From a virus: 56,556 nt of DNA. Below the pieces are notes generated by a model. That model had not been told where the DNA came from. It was given only the letters and a program-made list of their open reading frames with translations, and searched no databases. The position numbers and the translations under genes are program-made. Where the stretch lies: IMG/VR virus record IMGVR_UViG_3300009529_000009; one strand, written 5' to 3'. Shown here one piece after another: positions 1 through 9,437 of this stretch; within the stretch, counting starts at the first letter, position 1, and every line of letters begins with the position of its first letter.

Positions 1-158
1 TGCTTGATCAGCGACATAGCCGTGCGGCCGTAGCTGCCCTGGAGCTTCCAGGCCATGCCGCTCTCGACAAGCTGCCCGAAGAAAACGATCGTCTCCTCCA
101 CGTCCATTTCGCCCTGCTCGTACGTCATGATGTCGCCGACATCGGGCATCATCGTCAT
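1..158 (-). CDS. Mirror copy: 3'-truncated hypothetical protein at window edge
   Basis: Twin of 56399..56556. Confidence 0.5.
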   Translation of the reverse strand, partial: MTMMPDVGDIMTYEQGEMDVEETIVFFGQLVESGMAWKLQGSYGRTAMSLIK

Positions 159-322
159 GCTGCACTCTCCTCTTCTACGCGCCGGAGCACCGACACGCGG
201 TTGACCGTCATCTTCGCCTCGACCGTCATCCCGACCTCGACCGGGGTCATTGCTTCGTACACCGAGCTACTCGGGCCGAACCAGTACTGCAGGTCGCGGG
301 CCATCTTCTCAGTCATCTTCAT
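155..322 (-). CDS. Mirror copy: small [10 protein letters not shown] protein
   Basis: Twin of 56235..56402. Confidence 0.45.
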   Translation of the reverse strand: MKMTEKMARDLQYWFGPSSSVYEAMTPVEVGMTVEAKMTVNRVSVLRRVEEESAA

Positions 323-343
323 ATCCGCCTCCTTCACACCTGC

Positions 344-371
344 AGTATACCAGATACGGCTCCCGAGTCAA
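344..371 (-). promoter_or_regulatory. Mirror copy: TTGACT-N16-TATACT promoter
   Basis: Twin of 56186..56213. Confidence 0.5.
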
Positions 372-408
372 CGACGAAGTTGAAAAACTTGTGAAGTTTT
401 TCAACCGC

Positions 409-447
409 CAAAACGGCCGCACCACCAGACAGGCCGGTGGTGCGGCC
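409..447 (-). terminator. Mirror copy: Rho-independent terminator
   Basis: Twin of 56110..56148. Confidence 0.65.
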
Positions 448-555
448 GTTGCTGTACTACTTGCCCGCCAGGGCGACTGCTGCGTCGAAGGCCCTTGCCT
501 TCTCCTTCGCCCGCGCAGCCTCTCCATCTCCTGCATGATCTCCTTGCTCAGCATG

Positions 556-1182
556 CTACTCTCCTCTCACGGCGCACAGCTTCGTCGCCCTGCTGACCGC
601 AGCGCGGAAGCGCTTCTTCGCCTCGCGCCGGGCGCTCTTGACCTCGTCCGTCGGCTTCGGCTGAGCGACCTTCGCCCAGTCCGGCGACAGCAGTTCCTTC
701 TTCGCCTTCTCGGCCTTCTTCGTCGTGACCCGCGCCGCGATCCACAAGTCCCCGTACACGGTTCCTGTGACTTCCTTCTCGACCTTCTTCTTCGTCTCTT
801 CCTTCACGCCCTTGGCGAGCACGGCCAAGCGTTGCTTGACGGGAAGCGCAGCCGCCAGGTTCGCTTCCTGCTCGCGACACTGCAGGACCATGTCGCGCAT
901 CGCCTTCGCCTCGACCGAGTACGAGTCCCAGTCCATCGGGATCAGGCCCTTGCTGACCGCGAGGGTGACCCAGTCCTTCGGGAGCAGACCCTCGGAGACC
1001 AGGTGCTTCGACCACGACCAGTTCTTCGTGCCCTTGCCCATGTCCCACTCGTGCTTGACGCCGCGACCGAGACCGAGGCCGTTGCAGGTGAGCAGGCCGT
1101 GCTTGCCCGACTCGGCACGGTACTCCATGACGGCAGCGCGGAGAGCGAGGTGGGGGTAGTCGCGGGCCATCTTCTCAGTCAT
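556..1182 (-). CDS. Mirror copy: hypothetical protein (209 aa, MTEKMARD...)
   Basis: Twin of 55375..56001. Confidence 0.6.
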   Translation of the reverse strand: MTEKMARDYPHLALRAAVMEYRAESGKHGLLTCNGLGLGRGVKHEWDMGKGTKNWSWSKHLVSEGLLPKDWVTLAVSKGLIPMDWDSYSVEAKAMRDMVLQCREQEANLAAALPVKQRLAVLAKGVKEETKKKVEKEVTGTVYGDLWIAARVTTKKAEKAKKELLSPDWAKVAQPKPTDEVKSARREAKKRFRAAVSRATKLCAVRGE

Positions 1183-1924
1183 CTTCAACCTTCATGGCCG
1201 GGCAGAAGAAGCAGCTCGACTTGCGGACCGTGCGCGAGCCCGTGTAGTCTTCGAGCATGTCGACGAACTCGGGGTGGCTCGCGATCGTCGCGTCGAGGTC
1301 CTCGCGGCTAAGCTGCCACTCGCGCAACGGGTAGCGGTTCTTCCAGTGGAGGAACTTGCCGGACGCCTCGTCCGCCTTCTCGACCTTGTCTACCTTGGCG
1401 AAGCGCTTCGAGTCGGCGCAGCCGTAGTCGTAGCCGATGCAGCGCGTGACACGGACGCCCTGCTCCAGCGCCTTGTGTGCGGGCTCCCAGCCCTCGATGC
1501 CCCAGATCTCGTCCTCGATCGCTTCGATCTTCCACTTGAGGCTGCAGCTGTGGCCACCGTAGGCGAGGCTCGGCAGGCCGTCGTTGTGGAGGCAGTTGCC
1601 TTCGAGGCTCTGGTAGCGGGTGGTCGGGGAGTAGTAGGAGGTGACAGTGATCTCGGGGAAACCAACCGAGCGGCACCACAGGTCGAGCGCTTCGACGGTC
1701 TGCCAGGTGTGCTCGTGCTCGCCGCCGACGTCGGCGATGATGATCAGGTCCGGGCGGATGCCCAGCTCGTGCATGTGGAGAATGCCTGCGGTCGAGTCCT
1801 TGCCGCCGCCGTACGACCAGACGATCGGGTGGGTCCACTCGTTACCTTCGGCATCGACCTCGGTCTGACCGACCTTCGCCAGCGCGATCTCGACGTCCTG
1901 GGCGTTGAACTCGTTTCTCTTCAT
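1175..1924 (-). CDS. Mirror copy: PAPS-reductase/PP-loop family protein
   Basis: Twin of 54633..55382. Confidence 0.8.
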   Translation of the reverse strand: MKRNEFNAQDVEIALAKVGQTEVDAEGNEWTHPIVWSYGGGKDSTAGILHMHELGIRPDLIIIADVGGEHEHTWQTVEALDLWCRSVGFPEITVTSYYSPTTRYQSLEGNCLHNDGLPSLAYGGHSCSLKWKIEAIEDEIWGIEGWEPAHKALEQGVRVTRCIGYDYGCADSKRFAKVDKVEKADEASGKFLHWKNRYPLREWQLSREDLDATIASHPEFVDMLEDYTGSRTVRKSSCFFCPAMKVEDD

Positions 1925-1947
1925 CTTGACCTCCCCTTCGTGTGAGC

Positions 1948-1975
1948 AGTATACCAGATACTGCGCGGAGATCAA
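1948..1975 (-). promoter_or_regulatory. Mirror copy: TTGATC-N16-TATACT promoter
   Basis: Twin of 54582..54609. Confidence 0.5.
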
Positions 1976-2011
1976 GAGGAATCTGAAAAACTTATGAGGG
2001 TTTTCATCTCC

Positions 2012-2109
2012 TTATAAAGAGACCGGGCGCCCCGAGGGTGTGTCTGCCGATTGGCCCAGGTGCGGTGGGAAACGGAGAATGGTGGCAGACACACCTCCGA
2101 GGCGCCCGG
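2012..2109 (-). terminator. Mirror copy: long imperfect hairpin/terminator candidate
   Basis: Twin of 54448..54545. Confidence 0.4.
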
Positions 2110-2232
2110 AGGTCAGCTATGTTGTCGAGTAGCCTACGTCGCTCCCCTCGTTGTTGTCAAGGACCGACCGGGGTCCGTGGGAAAGGACCTGACCAAGCCA
2201 TGGGCAGGGAGGACGGCCGGTCGGTCCAACAC

Positions 2233-2826
2233 TCAGTCGTCCTTCGCCGGTACCCCACTCGGTCCGAGAATCACCTTCTCGTCGGGCACAGACAGTCCGA
2301 CAGCTTCCGAACGCTGCATATCCGTGAGCCGTTGCGTCTGCTCTCGCTGAACGCGCTGCGCCCGGATCGAGAACTGCCCGACGACCTCCTGGTCAATGAG
2401 GCCGATGATGTTGTCCTCGTTGACAAACAGGAAGTGCTCAGTGCCGAGCCCTTCGGGATCGCTCCACTCGTAGGTCACCTCAGCATTACGGGGGTTGGCC
2501 ACGACCGTGTCACCCCTACGGTACCGCGTGGCCTCCGGCCCGGCGTCGATCACAGTGAGGATCGGGCACTGATAGCCCCCAGGTCCTCCGGTCTGTGTCG
2601 GCACGATCAGACCCTGCCTGGAGAAGAATTCGATCGGCTTCACCCAGAGGATCAGGTACTTGCCCGTGGGCACGAACGGGCACTCGCCCCGGCCGAAGAG
2701 TCGCGGGCCGCATGGGCCATCCGGATCGGGGGCCACAGGGTCCTGTGACCAGCGCGGGTCGCCCTCGCCCCATTCTGCGTCGACTGGTTCTTCCGCCGTG
2801 TTCAGATCAGCTGCTTCTTCGTTCAT
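2233..2826 (-). CDS. Mirror copy: GroES-like co-chaperonin
   Basis: Twin of 53731..54324. Confidence 0.75.
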   Translation of the reverse strand: MNEEAADLNTAEEPVDAEWGEGDPRWSQDPVAPDPDGPCGPRLFGRGECPFVPTGKYLILWVKPIEFFSRQGLIVPTQTGGPGGYQCPILTVIDAGPEATRYRRGDTVVANPRNAEVTYEWSDPEGLGTEHFLFVNEDNIIGLIDQEVVGQFSIRAQRVQREQTQRLTDMQRSEAVGLSVPDEKVILGPSGVPAKDD

Positions 2827-2844
2827 TGTGTCCTCCTGGAAGTA

Positions 2845-2870
2845 GGGGGTGTCGGTTTCCCGACACCCCC
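2845..2870 (-). promoter_or_regulatory. Mirror copy: GAAA-tetraloop hairpin
   Basis: Twin of 53687..53712. Confidence 0.6.
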
Positions 2871-2887
2871 TTGGTTTTCCCCCACGA

Positions 2888-5575
2888 CTACTCCTTACGG
2901 AGTCCGGCACGTTCGACGGCCTGCTTTGCGATACCCCCCTTGACCGCTCCGCTACCATCGGACTGAAGTATGTCACCAACGACCGAACCATGCAAGAGCT
3001 TCTTGAAAACTCCGTCAACGCTGTCGCCGGTGATCGCAGCGACCGCGCCGAGGCCCTCGACCATCTCGGCCGCCAACACCTTGTCGCCGTGCACCTGCAA
3101 CGCAGCGATCAGGTCCGGCGAGACCGCCGCTATCTTCTTCACGAATGCTTCGGCGCGGGCAAGGACGGTTGTGGTCTGGGTGTCATCGAGCGCCTGCACA
3201 TGACGCTCGCTCTCCGTGTTGCTCTCCCTCGCGTTCTCGACGTACGCCCGCTGCTTGTCGCGTTCGATCTCGGTCTTCACCGACTCGATCGCCCGTAGAA
3301 GGTTCGCACGAGCCTCCTCGTCCGCGAGCTGCTTGGCCGTCAACGCTTGGTCCATCTCGCGCTTCTGCTCACGCAGCGCGTACGATGCAAGCCAAGTCTC
3401 GTGCGCTGCTCCATCGGACGCCCGGTTGATCCGCTCGCGCTCGATCTGGACGCGCAGCTGCTCCTCGTCCCGAGCGAGTTCGACTTGCTTCGAGACGATG
3501 TCACGCCGCTGTATCTCGACCAGCTCCGAGATATCGCTGTCGACAACATCGGTCGCGAGGACCTCGACGTCGTTGACGCGCATCCCGTTCTCCGGGAAGA
3601 AGAGACCGTCACGGTAGTACTCGAAGTCATTCGCTGACGCCTCGTCCTGGTTGCCAGGTTCCATCAGGACAGCCTTGGCCTTGGCTTCCTCGGTGAGCCT
3701 GCACTTCTGCACACCCAGGAGTGTGTTACGCACAACGTCCGGCGCCCGGCTGATGAACTCGTGGAGCTTCATCTTCTTGATCTCGCTGCGAACGAGAGAT
3801 CGTGCATGGTCGCACAAGAGCTTGACGTAGTTCTCGGAGTCAAACCACTTCTCCGGGTCACCCTCGAAGTCGGCTCGATACGAGACCTTGATCTCGACCG
3901 GCACGAAATCGGCCGTCTCCGCCTTGATGACGTCGCCGACCTTGTTGTTGATCACGCGCAGGTAGACGGTCTTGTACAGCACGTCGGTGGTCTTCGGCTT
4001 GCCGGTGGACAGCGCCATCCGCTCCAGGTACTGATCATACTCAAGGAGCTTCGTCTTCGGACCAACGACGACTTCACGCTCGCCGACCTTGCTGACGACC
4101 ATCACTGCGTAGCCCGTCCACACGTTGATGGTTACCGCGCCGTCGTACTTCGTATCGAGCACGAGGGATCGCGGAGGCGTGTAGTCGCTCTTGCGTGTGA
4201 TGACGTCACCCAACAACTCCTCAGCGGCCTTCTCGGAGATCCTCCTACGTGATCTGACAGGTGCACCGACAGTAGGACTGGCAGCAAACATCTCGCTCAG
4301 GAACTGCTGTGGGCTATCTGGCGCCGTCACGTAGTTCGACACGGGGTTCTGCTGATCCTCTGCGACGTTCGAGACCTGCTGCGCCAGCTGCGCATTGACC
4401 CCCAGGGCCTGTGTGTTTCCGGGGAACCACAGACCACAGGTGTCGGCGTCGAGCACGCGGCGAACGACAACCTCCTTGCGTGGGTCAGGCAGGTACATCT
4501 TCGGCCCGAGCACCAGCTTCACTTCGCCAGTGACACGGTCGAGTATGTAGCGGCCGTCGCCCTTCGGAATCGCGATCGCGAAGATACGACCGTCACCCTC
4601 TGCGTACTTGATGCTGGCGTGCTCAGGGCGCGGGAAGTAGATCCGTTGCTCCTTGCCGGTGATGAACAGCTCCTTGCCCTCGGCCCACTCGGTGAGCATC
4701 TCGCCGCCGACATCCGGCAATGGGAGGTCGTCTTTGTAGTCCGCAACGACCTTGATGTAGAGACCGCACCCGTCGTTCAGCTCGATCGCCCTGAACTTGC
4801 GCGTCTCGACACTGGTCTGCTCGTCCTTGTGCTTGACGAAGTGCTCGGTCGCACGCGGGAAGACAACCTGCGGTCCGCGCTCGTAGCGCTTCTCGCCGTT
4901 CTCGTCCACGAGGATGCAGTACTCAAGGGTCTCCAGGGTGACCGCGTCACGAACGTAGTCGCCCTTCTCGCCCTCGATGACTCTGATCCCTGTCGGCGGA
5001 ATGAAGAATGAGACCTCGGTCCCCTTGATGATCAGACGGCGACCGGTCACCAGCTCGTCGGCCGAGATACCGAACAGCTTCTTCGCTGCCTTGGATTCCT
5101 CGTCCTGGTTCTGGCCCTCGGCCGTCTTCACAACCATCTTGTCCCAGTTCGCCTGGGCCTCCAACTCGTCGACCACCTCGGCGATCAGGTACTCATTGGT
5201 CCTGAGCTGGTGGCCCTGCAAGACGCGGGCGGTCTGACCCGGCCACAGAGCGAACGAATCAGGTCCCGGTATGACGACCTGCTTGCCGGTGTCGAGTTCG
5301 GCCATGTCTTCGCGCTTGCCCGCGCCCGGATGATGATTGCCACCCTTGCCCGGGTTGAACAAGATGATGTAGTCGCCCTGCTTCGCGACCGGCAGCGGCT
5401 TCTTGGCCTCAGCCTGCCGGACATGAATGAACTGGTTGCCATCGTACACCACGGGACTGTCGGTGTTCGAGAGCGACTCCTTCATCGGTCCGACGAAGAC
5501 CTTGATCCTGCCGGTCGTCGCGTCCTGCACGTACGCGTACTGCGTAGGGTCAAGGATTAGATCCTGTTCCCTCAT
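2888..5575 (-). CDS. Mirror copy: Major Vault Protein homologue
   Basis: Twin of 50982..53669. Confidence 0.85.
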   Translation of the reverse strand: MREQDLILDPTQYAYVQDATTGRIKVFVGPMKESLSNTDSPVVYDGNQFIHVRQAEAKKPLPVAKQGDYIILFNPGKGGNHHPGAGKREDMAELDTGKQVVIPGPDSFALWPGQTARVLQGHQLRTNEYLIAEVVDELEAQANWDKMVVKTAEGQNQDEESKAAKKLFGISADELVTGRRLIIKGTEVSFFIPPTGIRVIEGEKGDYVRDAVTLETLEYCILVDENGEKRYERGPQVVFPRATEHFVKHKDEQTSVETRKFRAIELNDGCGLYIKVVADYKDDLPLPDVGGEMLTEWAEGKELFITGKEQRIYFPRPEHASIKYAEGDGRIFAIAIPKGDGRYILDRVTGEVKLVLGPKMYLPDPRKEVVVRRVLDADTCGLWFPGNTQALGVNAQLAQQVSNVAEDQQNPVSNYVTAPDSPQQFLSEMFAASPTVGAPVRSRRRISEKAAEELLGDVITRKSDYTPPRSLVLDTKYDGAVTINVWTGYAVMVVSKVGEREVVVGPKTKLLEYDQYLERMALSTGKPKTTDVLYKTVYLRVINNKVGDVIKAETADFVPVEIKVSYRADFEGDPEKWFDSENYVKLLCDHARSLVRSEIKKMKLHEFISRAPDVVRNTLLGVQKCRLTEEAKAKAVLMEPGNQDEASANDFEYYRDGLFFPENGMRVNDVEVLATDVVDSDISELVEIQRRDIVSKQVELARDEEQLRVQIERERINRASDGAAHETWLASYALREQKREMDQALTAKQLADEEARANLLRAIESVKTEIERDKQRAYVENARESNTESERHVQALDDTQTTTVLARAEAFVKKIAAVSPDLIAALQVHGDKVLAAEMVEGLGAVAAITGDSVDGVFKKLLHGSVVGDILQSDGSGAVKGGIAKQAVERAGLRKE

Positions 5576-5849
5576 TCCTTCTGGCGGCACTTTCCGTCCC
5601 CTTTCGGCTCCCCACAGACCCTGTGGGTTTCCACTGCCTGGCAGCCTTCATGCCCGCCGCGATCACGAAACGGAGGTACTTCGATCGGTTGACGCCCCGT
5701 GCGCCAGCTTCACTGTCGATCGATACGATGGTCGCAGGTAGCAGTGCGAACGATATACACTTCATCAGTTCTTCCGGCGGCTTTGGTCTCCTTCCAGCTC
5801 CTGGACGCCGACCACCACGCACGATTTTGTCGCGCTTAGAGCGAGGCAT
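5550..5849 (-). CDS. Mirror copy: ribbon-helix-helix DNA-binding protein
   Basis: Twin of 50708..51007. Confidence 0.55.
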   Translation of the reverse strand: MPRSKRDKIVRGGRRPGAGRRPKPPEELMKCISFALLPATIVSIDSEAGARGVNRSKYLRFVIAAGMKAARQWKPTGSVGSRKGTESAARRNEGTGSNP

Positions 5850-5884
5850 ACGACACTCCCTTCGGTGTTCGACGTGGCCCTCCT

Positions 5885-6352
5885 TTACCTGGTGTCACAG
5901 CTTTGCAATTGCCGTTCGACAACTTCGAGCAGGCGCTGAGCCAGCTCCTTACGGTGCCAGAAGACGAACACGTCCTTGGCGCAGTCGCTATAGTGAAAAT
6001 CAGCGTGAAGCAAGAAGTCCTGGCGCATCTCCCAAAGAGCCCGCGCCTCACGAGCCGTGTAGGCTCCCCGCTTCACGGGCACCACGTACACTACGCTGTA
6101 GCTCGGCACGTCTGCTGCTTCGAGCTTGGCCGCCTGCCCCCGTGGGTCGATTGCATCGGACCTTGGGAGGATCACCATGTAGTCGTCGCCGGAGATGTAC
6201 GAGTACCACCCCGAGGTGATCAGGTCCGTAGGACTCGTCGACTCACGAAGCTCGACATGGTACCCCCAGAAGGCATGGCTGCTGACGATCGTGAGCTGCA
6301 GCTCAGTGAGGTCCGGGCACGCCTGGCGGAACGTTGATTCTATTATGTTCAT
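5885..6352 (-). CDS. Mirror copy: hypothetical protein (155 aa)
   Basis: Twin of 50205..50672. Confidence 0.55.
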   Translation of the reverse strand: MNIIESTFRQACPDLTELQLTIVSSHAFWGYHVELRESTSPTDLITSGWYSYISGDDYMVILPRSDAIDPRGQAAKLEAADVPSYSVVYVVPVKRGAYTAREARALWEMRQDFLLHADFHYSDCAKDVFVFWHRKELAQRLLEVVERQLQSCDTR

Positions 6353-6368
6353 AACGTCTCCCAGGTAG

Positions 6369-6396
6369 AGTGTACAGGGACAGTTGATTCCGTCAA
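6369..6396 (-). promoter_or_regulatory. Mirror copy: TTGACG-N16-TACACT promoter candidate
   Basis: Twin of 50161..50188. Confidence 0.4.
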
Positions 6397-6411
6397 GGGG
6401 AAAATCAAAGA

Positions 6412-6780
6412 TTATGAACGGCGTCCGAGGGCCGCCAGCTTCGACAACCCCCGGTCCACCTTCGGCGCGACAGGAGCCTTCTCAGAAACAAGCTCCTGTG
6501 CAATCTTCTTCTCGACCGGTGACTCGTTCGCCTTGGCACTGAGCGCCAGCGCGTACATAAGGTTCCTGTGCGCATCGAGTGCTTTGAGACAGTGCTCAGG
6601 GAACTGGTTCTCCAAGAGCAACAGTCTCAAATGGTCCTCGGTCTGGGCAGTATCCAGCTTCGACCGGAACGCCACCACGCCACGCAGAGCTTCCCGCAGA
6701 TGCGTGGCGATCGCCTTGATGTCAGACCCCAGCAGGGGCTGTTTGTTTCGCTGCCTCTTGTCTCTCGACCTCTTTGACAC
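6412..6780 (-). CDS. Mirror copy: hypothetical protein (122 aa)
   Basis: Twin of 49777..50145. Confidence 0.4.
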   Translation of the reverse strand: MSKRSRDKRQRNKQPLLGSDIKAIATHLREALRGVVAFRSKLDTAQTEDHLRLLLLENQFPEHCLKALDAHRNLMYALALSAKANESPVEKKIAQELVSEKAPVAPKVDRGLSKLAALGRRS

Positions 6781-7132
6781 TGCCGTCCCCTTTGGTCATC
6801 TCGGGAACACCGTAGTTCCCTTTTTGCCGATCATGCAGCTCGGCCTTCTTCGAGCCGTTCCAGTTGTGCATCTGCGAGTAGTACCCGACTATGCGGGTCA
6901 TGTGCGACATGATGCGCGGTTGCCGCTTGCCAGTCAACACAGCCTGCAGATCGTCCCAGCTGTGCTCGCCGATCGCAGAGATGGACACCGCGTAGTGGCC
7001 TGGCTGCCACGACCCATGTCCATCATGCGAGATCAGTACTACGTCATCAGTTGAGTTCACTCCCTGCCTGACACCCCTCCACGTGAGGTGCGCGTGCTCC
7101 TGTACACGTCTGTAGAATTCACGCCCGTCCAT
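6722..7132 (-). CDS. Mirror copy: NrdD-C-terminal-like glycyl-radical-domain protein
   Basis: Twin of 49425..49835. Confidence 0.5.
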   Translation of the reverse strand: MDGREFYRRVQEHAHLTWRGVRQGVNSTDDVVLISHDGHGSWQPGHYAVSISAIGEHSWDDLQAVLTGKRQPRIMSHMTRIVGYYSQMHNWNGSKKAELHDRQKGNYGVPEMTKGDGSVKEVERQEAAKQTAPAGV

Positions 7133-7874
7133 CCGTAGGGTCCTCTCTTCGGGGTATGGGAAGTGACGCCGGATCGGCCGCCGCCAAGCGACGCGTGATG
7201 TCCTCGGGTGTGTCCAGTGATTTGAACACTGCGTCCAACGAGATCCCGACAACACACTGCGCCGTCTTGAACGTGTACTTCTCCAACTTCGGTTTTCCCT
7301 TACCCGCCTTCTTCTTCGCTGCTCCCTTCGCCCTCCGAGGATACGTTCGCTTGGTCACCACCTCACACGGTGGTATCCAGAACTGAACGCCACGGTTCGC
7401 GTCGACGTGATACCCCCACGCCATGAAAATCTCCAACAGGACTCGCGGGACCCACGCGGTTGGATGCCCATTGAGGACCTTCGTAACAAGGAAGGGCAGA
7501 CGCCCGCTCTCCCCAGCGTCACGAACGCACTTCGCCCAGAAACTGAGCAACGAATTCTCAGGAGACACTGTGTGAAAGATCCCATGAAAATCGATGCCCG
7601 CGTACGACTTGAACTCGAATGAGATATGCTCGGTCAGAGGTCTGCCCTCCGGCCGCACGTGCGTCATGTCGCCGTGCTGGAACTTGGTGAGATCCTTGCC
7701 CTTGATGTGTCGATTGGTGGCTCGTGATCCCGAGCCTGAGGTGCGCCAGAAGAGATCGTCGAGTTTGCCACCGCTGTACCAGAGCGAGAATTGGCGGCAC
7801 ATCTCGCGCTCAAACGAATTGCCTTTTTGGTTGCCTTTGACCATGTTCCCCACCATAGTGTCGCGACTTGTCAT
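7119..7874 (-). CDS. Mirror copy: Hjc-like PD-(D/E)xK nuclease
   Basis: Twin of 48683..49438. Confidence 0.5.
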   Translation of the reverse strand: MTSRDTMVGNMVKGNQKGNSFEREMCRQFSLWYSGGKLDDLFWRTSGSGSRATNRHIKGKDLTKFQHGDMTHVRPEGRPLTEHISFEFKSYAGIDFHGIFHTVSPENSLLSFWAKCVRDAGESGRLPFLVTKVLNGHPTAWVPRVLLEIFMAWGYHVDANRGVQFWIPPCEVVTKRTYPRRAKGAAKKKAGKGKPKLEKYTFKTAQCVVGISLDAVFKSLDTPEDITRRLAAADPASLPIPRREDPTDGRA

Positions 7875-7908
7875 AGTACCCCGCTAGACCCTGCGGAGCA
7901 AGCCGTTG

Positions 7909-8493
7909 CTAGAAATCCATCACTAAGAAGGTGAGCCCGTAGGACGCGTCCTGGGCCTCGAAATCCCACCCACCGTAGATTCCGACCTTGATCTCGTACA
8001 AACTCGTCACACGCCACGACAAGCCAACGGCGGCCAGGTCCTCGGCCAGGATCAGATCACCAGCGAAGCGCTTCACGTCCCACAGCTCAATGCCGAGCAG
8101 GACACTGACACGCTCCTTGGAGACCACGAACCCCGTCGAGACATCAGGAAATTCGTATGTCGCCTCGACATCGTTCGAGCAGGACGAGAAGCTTACCAAG
8201 GCCAGGAGCAACGTTAGTACGCTTGCCCAAGAAGATGTTCTGCATGCGCTTCCACACCTCTTGGCATCTCGCAAGGGACCACCCCGCCTTCTTCGATTGA
8301 TACGCCCTGAAGACCCTGTAGAAACGGAAGAGCAGTTTGCAGACCCGCTCCTTGTCGTACTTCTCGGTGTCGATCCAGCGGAGGACCTCCGGCACCAACT
8401 GACGGTCGACGACCTCCGCGTGCTTGGCCAACAGCTTGTCGAGCTGGCTACGCTCCGACTGAAGCAGCGATGGGAGCACGATCTGAAGAGCAC
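7909..8493 (-). CDS. Mirror copy: +1-frame ORF with lipoprotein-like C-terminal part
   Basis: Twin of 48064..48648. Confidence 0.35.
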   Translation of the reverse strand: MLFRSCSHRCFSRSVASSTSCWPSTRRSSTVSWCRRSSAGSTPRSTTRSGSANCSSVSTGSSGRINRRRRGGPLRDAKRCGSACRTSSWASVLTLLLALVSFSSCSNDVEATYEFPDVSTGFVVSKERVSVLLGIELWDVKRFAGDLILAEDLAAVGLSWRVTSLYEIKVGIYGGWDFEAQDASYGLTFLVMDF

Positions 8494-8509
8494 CGTGCTC
8501 CCGGAGCAC
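8144..8509 (-). CDS. Mirror copy: hypothetical protein, frame A of overlapping pair
   Basis: Twin of 48048..48413. Confidence 0.4.
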   Translation of the reverse strand: MLREHGALQIVLPSLLQSERSQLDKLLAKHAEVVDRQLVPEVLRWIDTEKYDKERVCKLLFRFYRVFRAYQSKKAGWSLARCQEVWKRMQNIFLGKRTNVAPGLGKLLVLLERCRGDIRIS

Positions 8510-8529
8510 TGCCTTGATCGGAGCCCAGA

Positions 8530-8946
8530 TCAGTTTCCCGATTCGGTCTTCTCGGACTTCCGGTTGCGAATCGTCTCAACGATCAGGTCGAGATGCTGTG
8601 CATCCTCGCCGAGCTTCGCCTCGATCGCAGCAACGATCTTGTCCTCAGCGATGTTGTACAACTGCTGGTTCACGAGGAACGTCTTCACGATGCCGACGGC
8701 CTTGGCCGCCTTCTCCTTCGACGCGACCTTGGCACCACTGTCAGCAGCCTTCTTCTCGGCCCAGGCCTCGGTCGCCGTCACGGCCTGTCTCGCTGCCTCG
8801 GCCAGTGCGCCGAGCTGCTTCTGCTCGACCGACAGGCCGAGGCTCTTCAGCAGCTTCGTCAACAGCAGGAGTCCCACCACGCCAGCCAGCGTCCCCAGCA
8901 CCGGCGCGATCACGTTCACGAACGACGCCCAGATCAACTCCAGCAT
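8530..8946 (-). CDS. Mirror copy: single-TM membrane protein
   Basis: Twin of 47611..48027. Confidence 0.55.
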   Translation of the reverse strand: MLELIWASFVNVIAPVLGTLAGVVGLLLLTKLLKSLGLSVEQKQLGALAEAARQAVTATEAWAEKKAADSGAKVASKEKAAKAVGIVKTFLVNQQLYNIAEDKIVAAIEAKLGEDAQHLDLIVETIRNRKSEKTESGN

Positions 8947-8957
8947 GACCGACCCTT

Positions 8958-9437
8958 CTAGCCGAGCAAGCGACTCTTGCTCGACGACTCGCCCTTCTTC
9001 TTGGGCTGCTGGTCGACCACATTGATCGTGACCGACTCAACCTCACGAGGCACATCAACCGTGATGTGCTTCCCCTTCTTTTTGGCCATAGGAATCTTCC
9101 TCGCTTTCTCACTGACCAGGTGTGCACCACTCACGAACGCTGACACAATGTCGTTGCTCGAAATCTCTCGCGTGGCCTTGACCGACTGCACGAACTTGAT
9201 CCGCTTCTTCGCTCGGGGCAAGACGTACTTGCCCTTGAGCCCGGGTAGGTTCGACACACCGCGCTGCGATCGCGTCGAGAGACACCGGAAGCGTCCAAGG
9301 CCTGTGACACAAACCTCTTCTCCGAGCACGAGCTGACGCTGGACCTCGGAGACCAGCTCACGCATGACTCTATGAATATCGGCGGGCCGGGCACCGCAAC
9401 GGGCGGCCACGGTCTCGACCAACTCCCTATGATTCAT
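8958..9437 (-). CDS. Mirror copy: HU-family DNA-binding protein
   Basis: Twin of 47120..47599. Confidence 0.8.
   Translation of the reverse strand: MNHRELVETVAARCGARPADIHRVMRELVSEVQRQLVLGEEVCVTGLGRFRCLSTRSQRGVSNLPGLKGKYVLPRAKKRIKFVQSVKATREISSNDIVSAFVSGAHLVSEKARKIPMAKKKGKHITVDVPREVESVTINVVDQQPKKKGESSSKSRLLG

Noticed and set aside
250-1311. Long ORFs antisense to annotated genes (e.g. 250..1311 +, 1274..1945 +, 2038..2748 +, 47532..48569 -, 10101..11234 -)
   Set aside because: Their Arg/Ser/Pro/Ala/Gly-rich compositions are typical of wrong-frame translation in high-GC DNA. They overlap well-supported genes on the opposite strand and span promoters and terminators.
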